DNA from: a virus
Length of the DNA stretch: 30,579 nt
Virus record (IMG/VR): IMGVR_UViG_3300004941_000003
Location: 1-30,579 of that record
Reading direction: 5' to 3' (one strand)
Both the position numbers and the translations under genes were made by a program. How positions within the stretch are numbered: position 1 is the first letter of the stretch; each line of letters begins with the position of its first letter. The notes under the pieces were generated by a model that was given only the letters and a program-made list of their open reading frames with translations, did no database searches and was not told the DNA's origin. Shown here piece after piece: positions 29,726 through 30,579 of the stretch.

Positions 29726-30579
29726 TGCGGACGGTACAGATATACATAAACGATGAGATACTAGACTTATTCGATGATGAGAATATAGAAGTAAGTTCGA
29801 GTATTCAAAACATTAACGACATTGCGAAAGTATTTACCGACTTCTCGCAGCAGTTTACTGTACCCGCTTCTCCGCGTAACAATGAGATATTTAAACACTA
29901 CTATCAGAATGACGTAGAGGACGGCTTTATAGCCAAGGAGAGACAGCCAGCGAGGATAGAAATAAACTACACGCCTTTTAGAAGAGGTAAGATACAGCTA
30001 GAGGGTGCTGAGTTAGTAGAGGGTGAAGCACAACATTACAGTATAACTTTCTATGGTGATGTTGTTACGCTTAAAGACCTTTTCGGAGATGACAAGCTAA
30101 GAGACTTAGACTATAGCAGTTTGAGTTTTGAGTATAACTATGCGAATGTAAAGAATAGTATTGTTTCGACTGCTGAGGAGGATATACGTTTTCCGCTTAT
30201 TTCTAGCGAGCGAGTTTGGGAGTACGGAGACCTTTCGAGTAACGATATAGAAACAAGTGCGGGGGCTATCAATTACACCGAGCTACAGCCAGCGGTTAGA
30301 GTGCCTAAAATTATCGAAGCAATAGAGGACACCTACGGCGTTACCTTTACAGGGAACTTCCTAACAAACGACAGATTCAAGAAACTTTATACATGGTGGA
30401 AAAATGCGGACGCTCCTACTTTTAACGTAACGGCTTTACCTTTAGCTTTTAACCCTAGTAACACTACTTGCATAACTGAGTTTAACGGACAGAACGCAGG
30501 TATATTTACAAACGAGGTAAGGGTGAACTATGTAAACTTAAACCTTATTACGCCTAACCCTCCTAACTTTATTAACTGG
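29725..30579 (+). CDS. Large tail-tip/baseplate-like structural protein, N-terminal part. It runs off the window end and continues at base 84 through the circular overlap.
   Basis: ATG 29725 is followed by 285 codons with no stop up to the window end. Translation starts MRTVQIYINDEILDLFDDENIEVSSSIQNINDIAKVFTDFSQQFTVPASPRNNEIF, an N-terminus resembling tail proteins of Bacteroidota siphoviruses. Confidence 0.6.
   Translation, partial: MRTVQIYINDEILDLFDDENIEVSSSIQNINDIAKVFTDFSQQFTVPASPRNNEIFKHYYQNDVEDGFIAKERQPARIEINYTPFRRGKIQLEGAELVEGEAQHYSITFYGDVVTLKDLFGDDKLRDLDYSSLSFEYNYANVKNSIVSTAEEDIRFPLISSERVWEYGDLSSNDIETSAGAINYTELQPAVRVPKIIEAIEDTYGVTFTGNFLTNDRFKKLYTWWKNADAPTFNVTALPLAFNPSNTTCITEFNGQNAGIFTNEVRVNYVNLNLITPNPPNFINW
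30497..30579. repeat. Terminal overlap copy 2 (identical to 1-83)
   Basis: Read directly from the sequence. Confidence 0.95.

Noticed and set aside
1-30579. Lysogeny module (integrase, excisionase, CI-like repressor), tRNA genes, CRISPR arrays, transposases
   Set aside because: No tyrosine or serine recombinase motifs, no repeat-spacer arrays, no cloverleaf-capable gaps and no inverted-repeat-bounded elements were found. The small HTH proteins present are too short and unspecific to call a repressor. The phage appears virulent or at least integrase-less.

Overview
The window is a complete, circularly closed genome of a tailed dsDNA phage. Bases 1-83 are identical to 30497-30579, so the unique length is about 30,496 bp. 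One large tail gene (29725..end) continues in frame into 1..1634 across that junction. Every credible gene is on the + strand and packing is tight, with many ATGA/TAATG start-stop overlaps. The minus-strand ORFs in the track are antisense shadows.

The host is probably a Bacteroidota (Flavobacteriia-like) bacterium. Intergenic promoters match the Bacteroidetes TTG / TAnnTTTG type, leaders are A-rich without Shine-Dalgarno sequences, and one tail protein carries DUF285/BspA-like repeats.

Modules:
- Structural genes (1-11.8 kb): tail-tip protein, tape-measure-like protein, XkdF-like protease, scaffold-like protein, major capsid protein, tail tube, portal, adaptor, fibre-like proteins.
- Lysis (12.0-14.5 kb): holin, amidase, a metallophosphoesterase-like gene, and a unimolecular-spanin candidate.
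- Early region (14.6-17.0 kb): small genes behind a strong host-type promoter.
- Low-GC cassette (17.1-19.4 kb): a ParB/IbrB-like protein and a PP-loop PAPS-reductase-like (IbrA/DndC-like) protein.
- Replication and recombination (19.5-24.0 kb): initiator-like protein, P-loop helicase-like protein, NinG, ERF, exonuclease, mini-SSB.
- ECF-type sigma factor (24.1-24.6 kb).
- Packaging and tail (25.4-30.5 kb): TerS/TerL, then a tail-assembly-chaperone-like gene with a T9 slippery run and a -1 overlapping ORF, neck genes and tail genes.

No integrase, tRNA or CRISPR array was seen. Most interesting:
- the ParB + PAPS-reductase-like cassette, flanked by a duplicated promoter segment and preceded by a structured leader;
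- the phage sigma factor together with a conserved AAC-N15-CGTATATA-N3/4-ATG motif at four late gene starts;
- the atypical chaperone frameshift;
- several low-GC mosaic patches.

All family assignments come from motif recognition by eye and need HMM or structure confirmation.
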